Shown here: piece after piece, positions 28,694 to 39,604 of the stretch | How the letters are laid out: every line of letters starts with the position of its first letter | Position numbering within the stretch: the stretch's first letter is position 1 | NCBI GenBank assembly: GCA_964644035.1 | Contig: CAZXUH010000001.1 | Location: 461,720-525,719, forward strand | Direction of reading: 5' to 3' | From: an uncultured Candidatus Saccharibacteria bacterium | Lineage (GTDB): Bacteria > Patescibacteriota > Minisyncoccia > Phycocordibacterales > DAORIS01 | DNA length: 64,000 nt | Translations under genes and position numbers: made by a program | The notes under the pieces: generated by a model | The model's database searches: none | What the model saw: only the letters and a program-made list of their open reading frames with translations | Told to the model about the DNA's origin: nothing

Positions 28694-28783
28694 CCTTCTA
28701 CGCTTCTGCTACGCAGAAGCTATGAAGGACAAACGCCAATTGCATGCTTGTCGCGCGAAGCTCCTTTAGGAGCGAAGTGCGAG
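28694..28783. repeat. REP/REPIN-like inverted hairpin doublet between the two tRNA-Thr genes
   Basis: CCTTC-TAC-GCTTCTGC-TAC-GCAGAAGC-TAT-GAAGG-ACAA ... TTGT-CGCGC-GAA-GCTCCT-TT-AGGAGC-GAA-GTGCG. Confidence 0.55.
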
Positions 28784-28856
28784 AGCCGTTGCCCGGAATC
28801 GAACCGGGGACCTTTTCCTTACCATGGAAATGCTCTACCGACTGAGCTACAACGGC
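28784..28856 (-). tRNA. tRNA-Thr(GGT)
   Basis: GCCGTTG/CAACGGC acceptor, TTTCC-ATGGTAA-GGAAA. Confidence 0.95.
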
Positions 28857-28951
28857 ATATACCGATCAAACTCATCCGAGATCGGATGAGTGACGTAAAT
28901 GTAGCTTATTTAAAGCTTTTTTTCAATTATTCGAGCTTATCTTAGGCCTTT

Positions 28952-29626
28952 TTAGGCATTGAGAAGACAAGCACTGAGAAATGCTGTTTGAGTCCACCCG
29001 CATTTGCCTGTTGCCTGACGTTCACACGTTGCTGTTTGATAGCACGCATATTCTGCTTTATACTCGCAACTTGAAGCGACATCTGGTTCATCAGAACATA
29101 TTTGAGCGCTGCAACCACCAACATAGCACTTACCTGTCGCCACAGGAGTCACACCTCCAGGATTGTGAGGTTCTATAGTAAATGTAAATCGATAATCGCT
29201 ATCTGTAATATCTCTGGTAGATACTGGATATGGTTCTACTTCTTTGAGAGTAATCTTGAGAGTTTCAGTGGTGACTGACTTACCTACTTCGAGTGTATTG
29301 GTCGATGTGCCCATTGCTGTATATATATTGAGAGACATTCTTACACGACCAGCTTGTATACACTGTACATCCGAAGGACAGCGACTATCTTCTATCACAG
29401 CACGCGGTTCAAAAACCGTTCCAGAAACAGTTTTCTTTTCGTTAAGTTTCATAACAACCGTGGTTGTAGCCTGAAGAGGAATATCATCTATATCAGGAGT
29501 CGATTCTGTCGATGTCACTACTTCGCCAGTATCGACTGGAGCAGCATCTTCACTGTAGGTAAAATACACACCTGCCAATATCGCCACCAATACCAACATG
29601 ATTACTAAAAAATGTATGGGTCTCAT
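28952..29626 (-). CDS. Exported protein with a Cys-rich C-terminal domain
   Basis: TM anchor, EDSRCPSDVQCIQAG domain, CYVGGCSAQIC..CEY..EYACY...CERQ..G.CGW. Confidence 0.8.
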   Translation of the reverse strand: MRPIHFLVIMLVLVAILAGVYFTYSEDAAPVDTGEVVTSTESTPDIDDIPLQATTTVVMKLNEKKTVSGTVFEPRAVIEDSRCPSDVQCIQAGRVRMSLNIYTAMGTSTNTLEVGKSVTTETLKITLKEVEPYPVSTRDITDSDYRFTFTIEPHNPGGVTPVATGKCYVGGCSAQICSDEPDVASSCEYKAEYACYQTATCERQATGKCGWTQTAFLSACLLNA

Positions 29627-29702
29627 AATATAAGTATAACGTTACTATAATGACTAAGACGCATGAATAGGCACTTTATGACGCTAGATCTCTCAACTAC
29701 CC

Positions 29703-30395
29703 TTATTTCACCTTCTGTTTGAAGTATTCCTTGAGCTTCTCTTCCCCGAGAGGTTTGTCACCTTTTTCTATTACCAGACTCTCCTTTATTTCTCTCCAGT
29801 GATTTCGATTGTATTTCCAGTTGATAAGAAAGACGACAAACATAGCAATGATTGCCCCGAGTCCTGCTACCAACATATCTTTCTGTGCATCCCATATATC
29901 TCCCTGACTTCCGAGGAATGCCAGACCGGCAGATGGGTCAACACGTAGTGCCGTAAGCCATTCAACGATTTCGTAGATTGCTGACATAGCGAAGGCAATA
30001 TCGATTGGCATAAAGTATGACCAAATTCCCTTTGCTTTTGAAATTCGTATAAATACTTCACGTACGGGATATGCCAAGAGAAATCCGAAACTAAAATGCA
30101 CTAAGCGATCGTACATATTTCTATCAGCACCAAGCCAATCTTTGAGCGTGTTGCCAAAAGGCACCTCGGCATAAGTGTAGTGAGAACCAATAACATGCAG
30201 AATCATAAAAATCGTCACCAAGGTATACGAAACGTTTGAGAGTTTGAAGTATCTACCTGTAATCAATATTAGAGGTACAAAAATAAATACGAGATAGTTT
30301 TCTAGTAGCCAACCATCTCTATACAGAGGATTGATCGCCGCCCAAATCCACACTAGTAGAAATGCCACAATAAGCCCCTTTTTATATGTGATCAT
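29703..30395 (-). CDS. DUF2238/YjdF family membrane protein
   Basis: WLLEN, HVIGSHYTYAEVP, RNMYDRLVHF, FLGSQGDIWDAQKDM. Confidence 0.9.
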   Translation of the reverse strand: MITYKKGLIVAFLLVWIWAAINPLYRDGWLLENYLVFIFVPLILITGRYFKLSNVSYTLVTIFMILHVIGSHYTYAEVPFGNTLKDWLGADRNMYDRLVHFSFGFLLAYPVREVFIRISKAKGIWSYFMPIDIAFAMSAIYEIVEWLTALRVDPSAGLAFLGSQGDIWDAQKDMLVAGLGAIIAMFVVFLINWKYNRNHWREIKESLVIEKGDKPLGEEKLKEYFKQKVK

Positions 30396-30449
30396 AATAA
30401 GTTTAGTATAACAAAACCGTGTCAGAGCATGACACGGTTTGAAGTAAAT

Positions 30450-30740
30450 TCAAATGGTACAAGGTATTGTTAGGCTATGGAGAAATTCTTTCGCTCCCAC
30501 TTCCCTAGCCATCTCAAAAGCAAATCTGTACGTCCTGCCACATTTGCAACACTTTGGTGTATCGAAAAGAAATTTTCCGTGAAAAGTGCCAATGACTTTC
30601 TTCACCACCACCCCATCACAATCTTTTTCTCGACATAATCCTCCCGGTAAAGGAGTCTCTTGTTCTGCTGAAGCAGCTATTTTAGCTTCGATTTCGCGCC
30701 ACATCTTCTTAGAAATCCGTATTGCCTTTTTACGAGCCAT
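30450..30740 (-). CDS. Orphan protein with a putative Zn ribbon
   Basis: AAAGGAG SD; CREKDC...CCKCG; terminator 30414-30440. Confidence 0.6.
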   Translation of the reverse strand: MARKKAIRISKKMWREIEAKIAASAEQETPLPGGLCREKDCDGVVVKKVIGTFHGKFLFDTPKCCKCGRTYRFAFEMAREVGAKEFLHSLTIPCTI

Positions 30741-30796
30741 ACCTATCTCCTTTTGGTAAACGTCTACCGAGAATATAGCACAAAATCTCTTTGTTG

Positions 30797-30871
30797 CGCG
30801 GCCGACCGGACTTGAACCGGCAACCTCTCGCGTGACAGGCGAGTGCTCTAACCAAGTTGAGCTACGACCGC
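30797..30871 (-). tRNA. tRNA-Asp(GTC)
   Basis: GCGGTCG/CGGCCGC acceptor, CTCGC-CTGTCAC-GCGAG, G73. Confidence 0.95.
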
Positions 30872-31018
30872 AAATTATCGATGTGTAACTGAGAAATGAC
30901 TCTGTCACAGTCGAAGTGCTTAAAATCTAACAGATTTAATGCTTTTCCACAATAGGAAAAGGGGGTCGCGATTGCAACCCCCTTCATTGAACCATTCCCC
31001 TACAAACAGGCGGGATAC

Positions 31019-31312
31019 CTAGGAAGCGATTGAAAAGGCTTCCTCCAGTGTGGCAATTGCCATCTTTGCGCCATCGGTATCCATCTTGGGAACCGGTGAA
31101 CGAAATCTTCTGCACCGTTGACCCCGCGGTGCCGGCTGAATGCTTGACTCGAAAGTCTGCTGCTCGTAGACCTCCCGAGTGACATTTTGCCCAAACGATG
31201 TGAATCCGTTGGCATTGAGTATAGCATCGCCAACAAGCGCGCATGCTTTCTCGTTACCTGCCGGACGATCTCCGATGTGGCGTTCGCCACATACTATATT
31301 TGGTGACGACAT
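31019..31312 (-). CDS. Orphan hypothetical protein
   Basis: GGGAGG SD before ATG 31312; terminator 30959-30984; competing overlapping frames exist. Confidence 0.45.
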   Translation of the reverse strand: MSSPNIVCGERHIGDRPAGNEKACALVGDAILNANGFTSFGQNVTREVYEQQTFESSIQPAPRGQRCRRFRSPVPKMDTDGAKMAIATLEEAFSIAS

Positions 31313-31482
31313 AGTCGTCCTCCCGAAAAAACAGAAATGAGGGATGAAGAATACCGGCATCCATGGAGGTATTTACCTCAAATCCCTGCCCAAATATCAT
31401 CCTACTCCCATGAATAATCATGTCAAGATGATGTTTCAACCATTTTGCCTTTTGTATCTAAGCCCTGTATGCTCTCCAATAT

Positions 31483-32784
31483 ATGCGGACAAATATAGTG
31501 GCCGAGGGTGCAGACGAACTAACATATGAAATACGAGGTATTGTAGCTGTTGCTCATCACCTCAAGAAACTTGGCGTCGACATTTTTTGGGAAAATATTG
31601 GTGATCCAGTAGCTAAAGGCCATGTGTTGCCTGAATGGATAAAAAATACCATTGTTTCCAAAATATCTTCAGATCCTACTGTCTTCGGCTACTCCCCGAC
31701 TCAAGGCGTGCTTGAGGCAAGAGAATTTATATCTCAAAAAAGAAATAAAGAAAGTAATGTAAACATCACGACCGAAGACATTCTTTTCTTCAATGGTCTT
31801 GGCGATGCTATTTCCAAAATCTACACTCATCTCAATACCAACGTACGAGTCATTGGCCCTGATCCAGCCTACCCTACTCACTCTTCGGCTGAAGCTTCGC
31901 ATGCTGATTCTCCTCATCCGACGTACAAACTCGATCCTAAAAACAATTGGCTGCCAGATATCAATGATCTTGAGAATAAAATCAAATTCAATCCTGCCAT
32001 TGGCGGCATTCTCATTATCAATCCAGACAATCCGACCGGCATGGTCTATCCAAAAGAAGTGTTGATAAAAATAGTAGCTTTGGCAAAAAAGTACGATCTG
32101 TTTATCATTTCAGACGAAATCTATGCCAATATCTATTATCACGCTTCGCATATCACTCTCCTTTCCGATGTTATTGGCGACGTGCCAGCGATAGCGATGA
32201 AAGGTATATCAAAAGAAATACCATGGCCGGGAGCGCGATGCGGCTGGGTAGAATTTTACAATCGTTCCAAAGACAAAGTATTTGAACGATATGCAAAAAG
32301 TCTCGTCGATGCAAAAATGCTCGAGGTCTGCTCGACTACCCTACCTCAAAAAGTATTGCCTGAAATTCTTGGCGACAAGAAATATCCAGCATATCTCAAA
32401 GAAAAAAGTCTTTTTTACAAAAAGCGTGCCGATGCTGCCTACACTATTCTTTCAAAAAACTCAGGAATAGTAGTGGTAAAACCAAAAGGCGCTTTTTATA
32501 TGTCGGTAGTATTTAAAGATAATAAACTTACTGAAAAACAAACTTTAAAGATAGAAAATAAGAAAGTAAAAGAATATATAGAGTCTATTACCAAGGATAT
32601 TCCTGCTGACAAACGCTTTGTCTACTATCTTTTAGGTGCTACAGGCATATGCGTTGTTCCCCTTTCTGGTTTCAACTCCTCGCTTCAAGGATTTAGGATC
32701 ACCTTGCTCGAAACTGACGACAAAAAATTCAATCAGGTCTTCAAAACACTCGATGAAGCTATAAAAAAATATCTGGCTTCTTAA
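31483..32784 (+). CDS. PLP-dependent aminotransferase class I/II (AlaA-like)
   Basis: YEIRGIV, ENIGDP, INPDNPTG, SDEIY, GISK..PWPGARCGW. Confidence 0.9.
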   Translation: MRTNIVAEGADELTYEIRGIVAVAHHLKKLGVDIFWENIGDPVAKGHVLPEWIKNTIVSKISSDPTVFGYSPTQGVLEAREFISQKRNKESNVNITTEDILFFNGLGDAISKIYTHLNTNVRVIGPDPAYPTHSSAEASHADSPHPTYKLDPKNNWLPDINDLENKIKFNPAIGGILIINPDNPTGMVYPKEVLIKIVALAKKYDLFIISDEIYANIYYHASHITLLSDVIGDVPAIAMKGISKEIPWPGARCGWVEFYNRSKDKVFERYAKSLVDAKMLEVCSTTLPQKVLPEILGDKKYPAYLKEKSLFYKKRADAAYTILSKNSGIVVVKPKGAFYMSVVFKDNKLTEKQTLKIENKKVKEYIESITKDIPADKRFVYYLLGATGICVVPLSGFNSSLQGFRITLLETDDKKFNQVFKTLDEAIKKYLAS

Positions 32785-32829
32785 ACAACTATTTGCACAA
32801 GGGCAGTTTTTACTATAGTATTGCTTGCA

Positions 32830-32904
32830 AGCGGGGTGGAGCAGCAGTAGCTCGCCAGGCTCATAACCTGGAGGTCGTAGGTGCAATTCCTGCCCCCGCT
32901 ACCA
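32830..32904 (+). tRNA. tRNA-Met(CAT), probable initiator (atypical)
   Basis: AGCGGGG/CCCCGCT-ACCA, initiator-type GAGC/GCTC D-stem, CCAGG-CTCATAA-CCTGG, T-loop TGCAATT. Confidence 0.88.
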
Positions 32905-32984
32905 ATTTTATTCTTTTTTCTTCTTTAGACTCCGTTTGAGAGTTTGTCTTTATCGCTTTTTTTTGTTTAAATACCACCACACAT

Positions 32985-33057
32985 GTCAGGGTAGCTCAGT
33001 CGGTAGAGCACAGGACTCATAAGCCTGGGGTCGTGGGTTCGATCCCCACCCCTGACA
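32985..33057 (+). tRNA. tRNA with CAT anticodon (probably elongator Met)
   Basis: GTCAGGG/CCCTGAC acceptor, CAGGA-CTCATAA-GCCTG, GGTTCGATCC. Confidence 0.9.
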
Positions 33058-33083
33058 CATTAAACTTTAGTCTCCTATTTTCC

Positions 33084-33185
33084 TTGGGGATCGAAAGCCG
33101 GAAGATAAGCTCCGGGGGAGCTTATCTGAGGCGGGGTCGCGACTTTTGCGAAGCAAAAAGTTGTGACCGATCCTCAACCTCACAC
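33084..33185 (+). repeat. tRNA-downstream structured element ending in a degenerate copy of the tRNA-Met 3' end
   Basis: TTGGGGATCG/CGATCCTCAA closing stem and two internal hairpins; same architecture as the element at 52578-52707. Confidence 0.6.
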
Positions 33186-33196
33186 TATCTTAGAAA

Positions 33197-33907
33197 CTAT
33201 ATAAACTCGTATTCCTTAAATACGTTTTCGTAGAGACCAATTACACGTCGCGCTTCTCTTGGAGTGAGCACAAAATTTTCTCCTTCATGCGCAATCGCAT
33301 TGCGTATCTTGTGGGCCTCCCACGCATCATTGAGCGTATCCATATCACCCTGCTCTACCTTTTTGAGTTTCTCCCCTATCGTTTCACCACGATATCCATT
33401 TACATCAAGTATTTCATCGAGAATAATATCGGCTTCAAGTATTGCCAGCTTCCAATCAGACGGATTCTCAGACTGAGCATAGAGGACAATACGTCTCCAG
33501 CGCTTCTTGCCGGGATCTTCTTCGACATGAGCAATACCCGGAGTCGAAAGTTCTTTATACTCTTCATCATTACCCTGACTAACCTTTCTAAAGAGCCAGA
33601 TAATAGCACCGATGAAAAATGCCGCAATAAGATAGAGAAAATATTTCAACAGTAAAAAGCAGATATAGAGGGTATGAAAGAACGGCGACGTCTCAGACAT
33701 GCGTCGCAAATTGCGAAGTGAAGGATCAGCATAGAAACGACGAAGCAAACTATCCTGATCGAGACGATGGACGAAAAAGTAATCTATGCCGTATTTGATA
33801 CCAAGGATTGCTCGGTAACAAAGATAGATAGCAACAAGAATAACAAGAATCTCTTCGAGGAGTACCCACACATCCTTGTCCGGACTTTTTTCTTTTTCTT
33901 CTGCCAT
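33197..33907 (-). CDS. Conserved hypothetical membrane protein
   Basis: 2 TM plus W..AILEAD.ILD..L...GY.G.T.GEKLK, AWEAHKIRN.IAHEG (HEPN-like RNxxxH). Confidence 0.8.
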   Translation of the reverse strand: MAEEKEKSPDKDVWVLLEEILVILVAIYLCYRAILGIKYGIDYFFVHRLDQDSLLRRFYADPSLRNLRRMSETSPFFHTLYICFLLLKYFLYLIAAFFIGAIIWLFRKVSQGNDEEYKELSTPGIAHVEEDPGKKRWRRIVLYAQSENPSDWKLAILEADIILDEILDVNGYRGETIGEKLKKVEQGDMDTLNDAWEAHKIRNAIAHEGENFVLTPREARRVIGLYENVFKEYEFI

Positions 33908-33919
33908 ATGTATAGTGTC

Positions 33920-35341
33920 CTATGAATTCAGGACTTTTTCAAATTTCTTTCCCACTTCAAACAGAATATCTTCCCTAAAATGCGCTGACATAAACTGTAT
34001 ACCAACAGGCAATTGTTTACCTTCCCTCTCTACGCTACCACTAGGGACCGACATGCCAGGTACTCGTACAAGATTGGCCGAGACGGTAAAGATATCGGCA
34101 AGATACATTGCGAGTGGATCGCTACTTTTCTCCCCTATTTTGAAAGCTGGCATAGGCGAAGTCGGAGTCGCAATTGCATCTACTTCCGCAAAAGCTTTTA
34201 GGAAATCGCTTGTCATGAGTTTCTGCACACTCTGAGCTTTGTTGTAATACGCATCATAATATCCTGATGACAAGACATAGGTACCGAGCATAATTCTACG
34301 TCTCACTTCTTTGCCAAATCCTGCTGCACGAGTAACAAAGTAATCATCGATGACGTTTTCTCCATCTACATGCAAACCATATTTAATACCATCAAAACGA
34401 GACAGGTTCGATGACGCTTCTGCAGGCATGAGCACGTAGTAGACAGCTAGTGCATATTGAAGATTTGGAAGAGAAACATCTTTGATCGTATAGCCAGCTT
34501 TTTCTAATAGTTTGAGGGAGTCTTCAAAATTCTTAAGGACGTCAGTATCTACACCGTTTTTGAGCATTGAAAATGGCACACCAATAACACCTGTTTTCTT
34601 TGTAGAAATATCTTTTGCTTCGAGCGTAGTTGCATCCATTGGATCAGCACCCCTCAGAGCATTGAAAATGATCTCTGCGTCATCGACAGATTTTGTAATC
34701 GGACCTATTTGATCGAGTGACGATGCCATAGCCATAAGACCATATCGAGACACACTACCGTAAGTAGGCTTAAGCCCTACCAAGCCAGTAAAACTCGCTG
34801 GCTGTCGTATAGATCCGCCCGTATCAGAACCAAGTGCTGCTAGCGCTCCATGCATAGCAACAGCTGCCGCTGAGCCACCAGATGATCCTCCAGGAACAAG
34901 TTCTTCATCGACAGGATTGCGAGTAATACCATACGCCGAAGATTCTGTGGATCCTCCCATGGCAAATTCATCCATGTTTGCTCGGCCGATAAAAATAGGA
35001 TTTTCTTTTTTGATTTTCTCTATTACTGTCGCATCGTAGGGAGCAACATAGCCTTCAAGGATTTTTGAAGCAGCTGAAGCCTTCTTTCCTTTTATTAAAA
35101 TATTGTCTTTGATAGCCAAAGGAATGCCGGTGAGAAGCGTAGCTGAGCCGTCATTGATTCTCTTCTGTGCTACTTCGATCTGTTCATCGAGATCATCGTA
35201 TATTTCGAGATAGGCATTGAACTTTTTATTACGCGCATCAATATTTTTCGTATATGCATGCACTAAGTCCTTTACTGAGAACTTTTTTTGCACAAGTGCT
35301 TCATGCGTCTGCCTGATATTGAGTTTCTCTACATCGATCAT
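33920..35341 (-). CDS. gatA: Asp/Glu-tRNA amidotransferase subunit A
   Basis: KDNI, NMDEFAMGGSTE, PGGSSGGS, GSDTGGSIRQPA, EVRRRIMLGTYVLSSGYYDAYY. Confidence 0.97.
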   Translation of the reverse strand: MIDVEKLNIRQTHEALVQKKFSVKDLVHAYTKNIDARNKKFNAYLEIYDDLDEQIEVAQKRINDGSATLLTGIPLAIKDNILIKGKKASAASKILEGYVAPYDATVIEKIKKENPIFIGRANMDEFAMGGSTESSAYGITRNPVDEELVPGGSSGGSAAAVAMHGALAALGSDTGGSIRQPASFTGLVGLKPTYGSVSRYGLMAMASSLDQIGPITKSVDDAEIIFNALRGADPMDATTLEAKDISTKKTGVIGVPFSMLKNGVDTDVLKNFEDSLKLLEKAGYTIKDVSLPNLQYALAVYYVLMPAEASSNLSRFDGIKYGLHVDGENVIDDYFVTRAAGFGKEVRRRIMLGTYVLSSGYYDAYYNKAQSVQKLMTSDFLKAFAEVDAIATPTSPMPAFKIGEKSSDPLAMYLADIFTVSANLVRVPGMSVPSGSVEREGKQLPVGIQFMSAHFREDILFEVGKKFEKVLNS

Positions 35342-35342
35342 A

Positions 35343-35627
35343 TTAGAAGATATTTTTTACCTTTACATAATTGCCTTCTCTATCTGGAGCAGCCTTCAAT
35401 AGTGCTTCTGTATACGTACCACCTTCTGTGACCTCTATATCATTCCGAAACGTATTGTGAGATCGTGGTACGGAAACTGCCACTTCACCTTCAGCAGATA
35501 CTTTTTGTATTTGTGCAACATAGCCCAAAATACCGTCGATTTCCTTTTGAAAAGAGGCTATTTCACCTTCTGAGAGTTTGATACGCGAGAGTTCGGCTAG
35601 TTTTTCTATATCTTTCCTTTCAATCAT
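35343..35627 (-). CDS. gatC: Asp/Glu-tRNA amidotransferase subunit C
   Basis: IEKLAELSRIKL, FRND, APDREGNYVKVK; upstream of gatA. Confidence 0.93.
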   Translation of the reverse strand: MIERKDIEKLAELSRIKLSEGEIASFQKEIDGILGYVAQIQKVSAEGEVAVSVPRSHNTFRNDIEVTEGGTYTEALLKAAPDREGNYVKVKNIF

Positions 35628-35663
35628 AGTAGCGTCATATTAGCATTTATTGGCTTTTTTGGT

Positions 35664-37679
<2,016 letters not shown>

Positions 37680-37687
37680 CTACAGGA

Positions 37688-39010
37688 TTACAGACATAGA
37701 GGGAAATTGTCCAAATCTTCAAATGTTTCTACTTCAAAAAAGTACCCTGGGGCTTCTGTGTCGGGATCGGTATTGTCGTATTTACCAGCTACACCTCTAT
37801 TGAGGAAGTCGCTGCAGTTTGCATATCCATCGCATAGCAATCCTCCAGTTCCAATACCAATAGTGTATACAGTAATACCCTGAGCTTTAGCATCATTGGC
37901 TTCTATGATTGCATCTTGAATAGCATCAGCTCTTCCTTCATCACCCGTGCGATATGTACCAGTCGTGCAATCATCTCCATTTGCATATTCACCATCCTTA
38001 CACAATTCATCTCGGTTTGAACCGTCGCTCAAAATAAGCATGAAGTCTGGATATGAAAGATCGTCGCGATCGTGTACTGGAACATCGGCACCTGTGGCTG
38101 TGAGATTGTAAGAACCGATATTGCCTGCTACCTGACCAGTAAGTTCATATCGTGCTACTCGAATACCTCCAGAAAGGTTGGTACCTCCATTTACATATCC
38201 AAGCTCATCGACGTGATTTTTAAGATCTTCTGAAGAGTCCTTTAGGTGGTCTTTAAGATAAATATGATCTTTGAACCAAATCATACCAATGTTGGTTCCT
38301 GGTGGTGACGGGTTGAGTTCGTCGATGAATCGTTTTGCTGAGGCTTTGAGCAAATCAAGCTCGCTAGGTGGAACTGATTCTTCATTTGGATCTTCTTCAC
38401 CACTGATACTTCCTGAAATATCCATCACAAGCATTGTATCGCCTCTGTTGCTGCAAAGATCTCGCGGAACTGGAGTGTACGTAAGCTTTACTGCTCTTTC
38501 GAGGCGACGAGGACCTGTGGTGTCTGTATTGCGACCGTACGAATCGATAGATGTTTCATTGGTCTCGACATTTTTTTCTACATATACATCACCATCGGGA
38601 GTACCAGGTGTATCTTCGAGAAGACTAAAAGAAACTTTGTATTTTTTGCATTCACCGACACTGTCTTGGCATGGAATACAATCGCCAGAAATATTCTCGC
38701 ATGCAGTTTTATCAGGTTCAGTCGATGTAACGTCTGTGACTGGTATTGCTTCATTGCCAAAACAGCTAATAGTTGCCTTGCCTGCACCGGGCAAGAAAGC
38801 ATTTCTATCGGTAGTAACCTGATCCCAGTATTTTACACACTCAAGACCAGAGTCGGCTGCATAAAATGCCACCTGTGATTCCCTTCCGACAGACGAAATA
38901 ATGAGGTGTTTTGAACTAAGACCAATGATAGAAAATGCCACTGCAAGCAAAAGACTCATCAGAAGGACACCGAAAAGAAGAGTGAATCCTTTATTTGAAT
39001 CTTTTTTCAT
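37688..39010 (-). CDS. PilX/GspK-like minor pilin fused to a vWA domain
   Basis: KG-FTLLF (no Glu5), AFYAADSGLEC PilX motif, MIDAS DISGS, GGTNL, LSDG, VYTIGIG. Confidence 0.8.
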   Translation of the reverse strand: MKKDSNKGFTLLFGVLLMSLLLAVAFSIIGLSSKHLIISSVGRESQVAFYAADSGLECVKYWDQVTTDRNAFLPGAGKATISCFGNEAIPVTDVTSTEPDKTACENISGDCIPCQDSVGECKKYKVSFSLLEDTPGTPDGDVYVEKNVETNETSIDSYGRNTDTTGPRRLERAVKLTYTPVPRDLCSNRGDTMLVMDISGSISGEEDPNEESVPPSELDLLKASAKRFIDELNPSPPGTNIGMIWFKDHIYLKDHLKDSSEDLKNHVDELGYVNGGTNLSGGIRVARYELTGQVAGNIGSYNLTATGADVPVHDRDDLSYPDFMLILSDGSNRDELCKDGEYANGDDCTTGTYRTGDEGRADAIQDAIIEANDAKAQGITVYTIGIGTGGLLCDGYANCSDFLNRGVAGKYDNTDPDTEAPGYFFEVETFEDLDNFPLCL

Positions 39011-39024
39011 ATCTAAAAAGTATA

Positions 39025-39603
39025 TCATCTTACTTCCCAATCAAAGAGCACTTCTCTAACGGTAAATGTCTTACCTCCAAAAGGTCCTGACGACCACGTA
39101 ACAGTTGCCACGACCTCGGCTTCAGTATCACTAACCAGTTTTATATTGATATGACGAGAATAGTTGGAGTTTGTACCCGTAACATGGTTGTAGCCGTTGG
39201 CACTATCGAGTTTTAGAGTGCAACTAGATCCTGAGCATGGAGTAATACCGACCGCAGAAATATCAGTCACTACGTCGACACTGCAATTTCTTGGTGTATT
39301 GTCCCCGACAGGCTGAATACATTCTACAGGTATGTTCAGGCACCCATCACTCTCATCGCCCCCAGTGAGCCATGGGCAGGTTGTCGTGGCAATATAGTTG
39401 GTATCGCGAATACTTCTGACTTGTTCGATCGCCTCTTCAGCCAAATAAAAGGCGCTGATCTGGTCTCGAGCATAAAACGACGACTGCAAACCCATTTGAG
39501 CAGCACTGAGCGTTGCTCCTATAGCGACTGTAATAATAAAGATCGCCACCAGTGTCTCGATGATTGTAAATCCTTTGGTATTTTTTGTTGAAAATAGTTT
39601 CAT
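39025..39603 (-). CDS. Minor pilin (PilV-like)
   Basis: KG-FTIIETLVA, A..LAEE.IE.VR.IRD.N. Confidence 0.85.
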   Translation of the reverse strand: MKLFSTKNTKGFTIIETLVAIFIITVAIGATLSAAQMGLQSSFYARDQISAFYLAEEAIEQVRSIRDTNYIATTTCPWLTGGDESDGCLNIPVECIQPVGDNTPRNCSVDVVTDISAVGITPCSGSSCTLKLDSANGYNHVTGTNSNYSRHINIKLVSDTEAEVVATVTWSSGPFGGKTFTVREVLFDWEVR

Positions 39604-39604
39604 A

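Noticed and set aside
28748-28945. Short ORFs over tRNAs (also 32632-32886, 33033-33233, 52502-52804, 52728-52919, 58315-58578, 58385-58621)
   Set aside because: Shadow translations of tRNA genes and structured repeats.
30741-30908. N-terminal extension of ORF 30450..30908
   Set aside because: It runs through tRNA-Asp; the SD-led ATG at 30740 is the likely start.
30984-31290. Alternative overlapping frames (30984-31244, 31000-31290)
   Set aside because: Only the ATG at 31312 has a clear SD; the frame choice remains uncertain.
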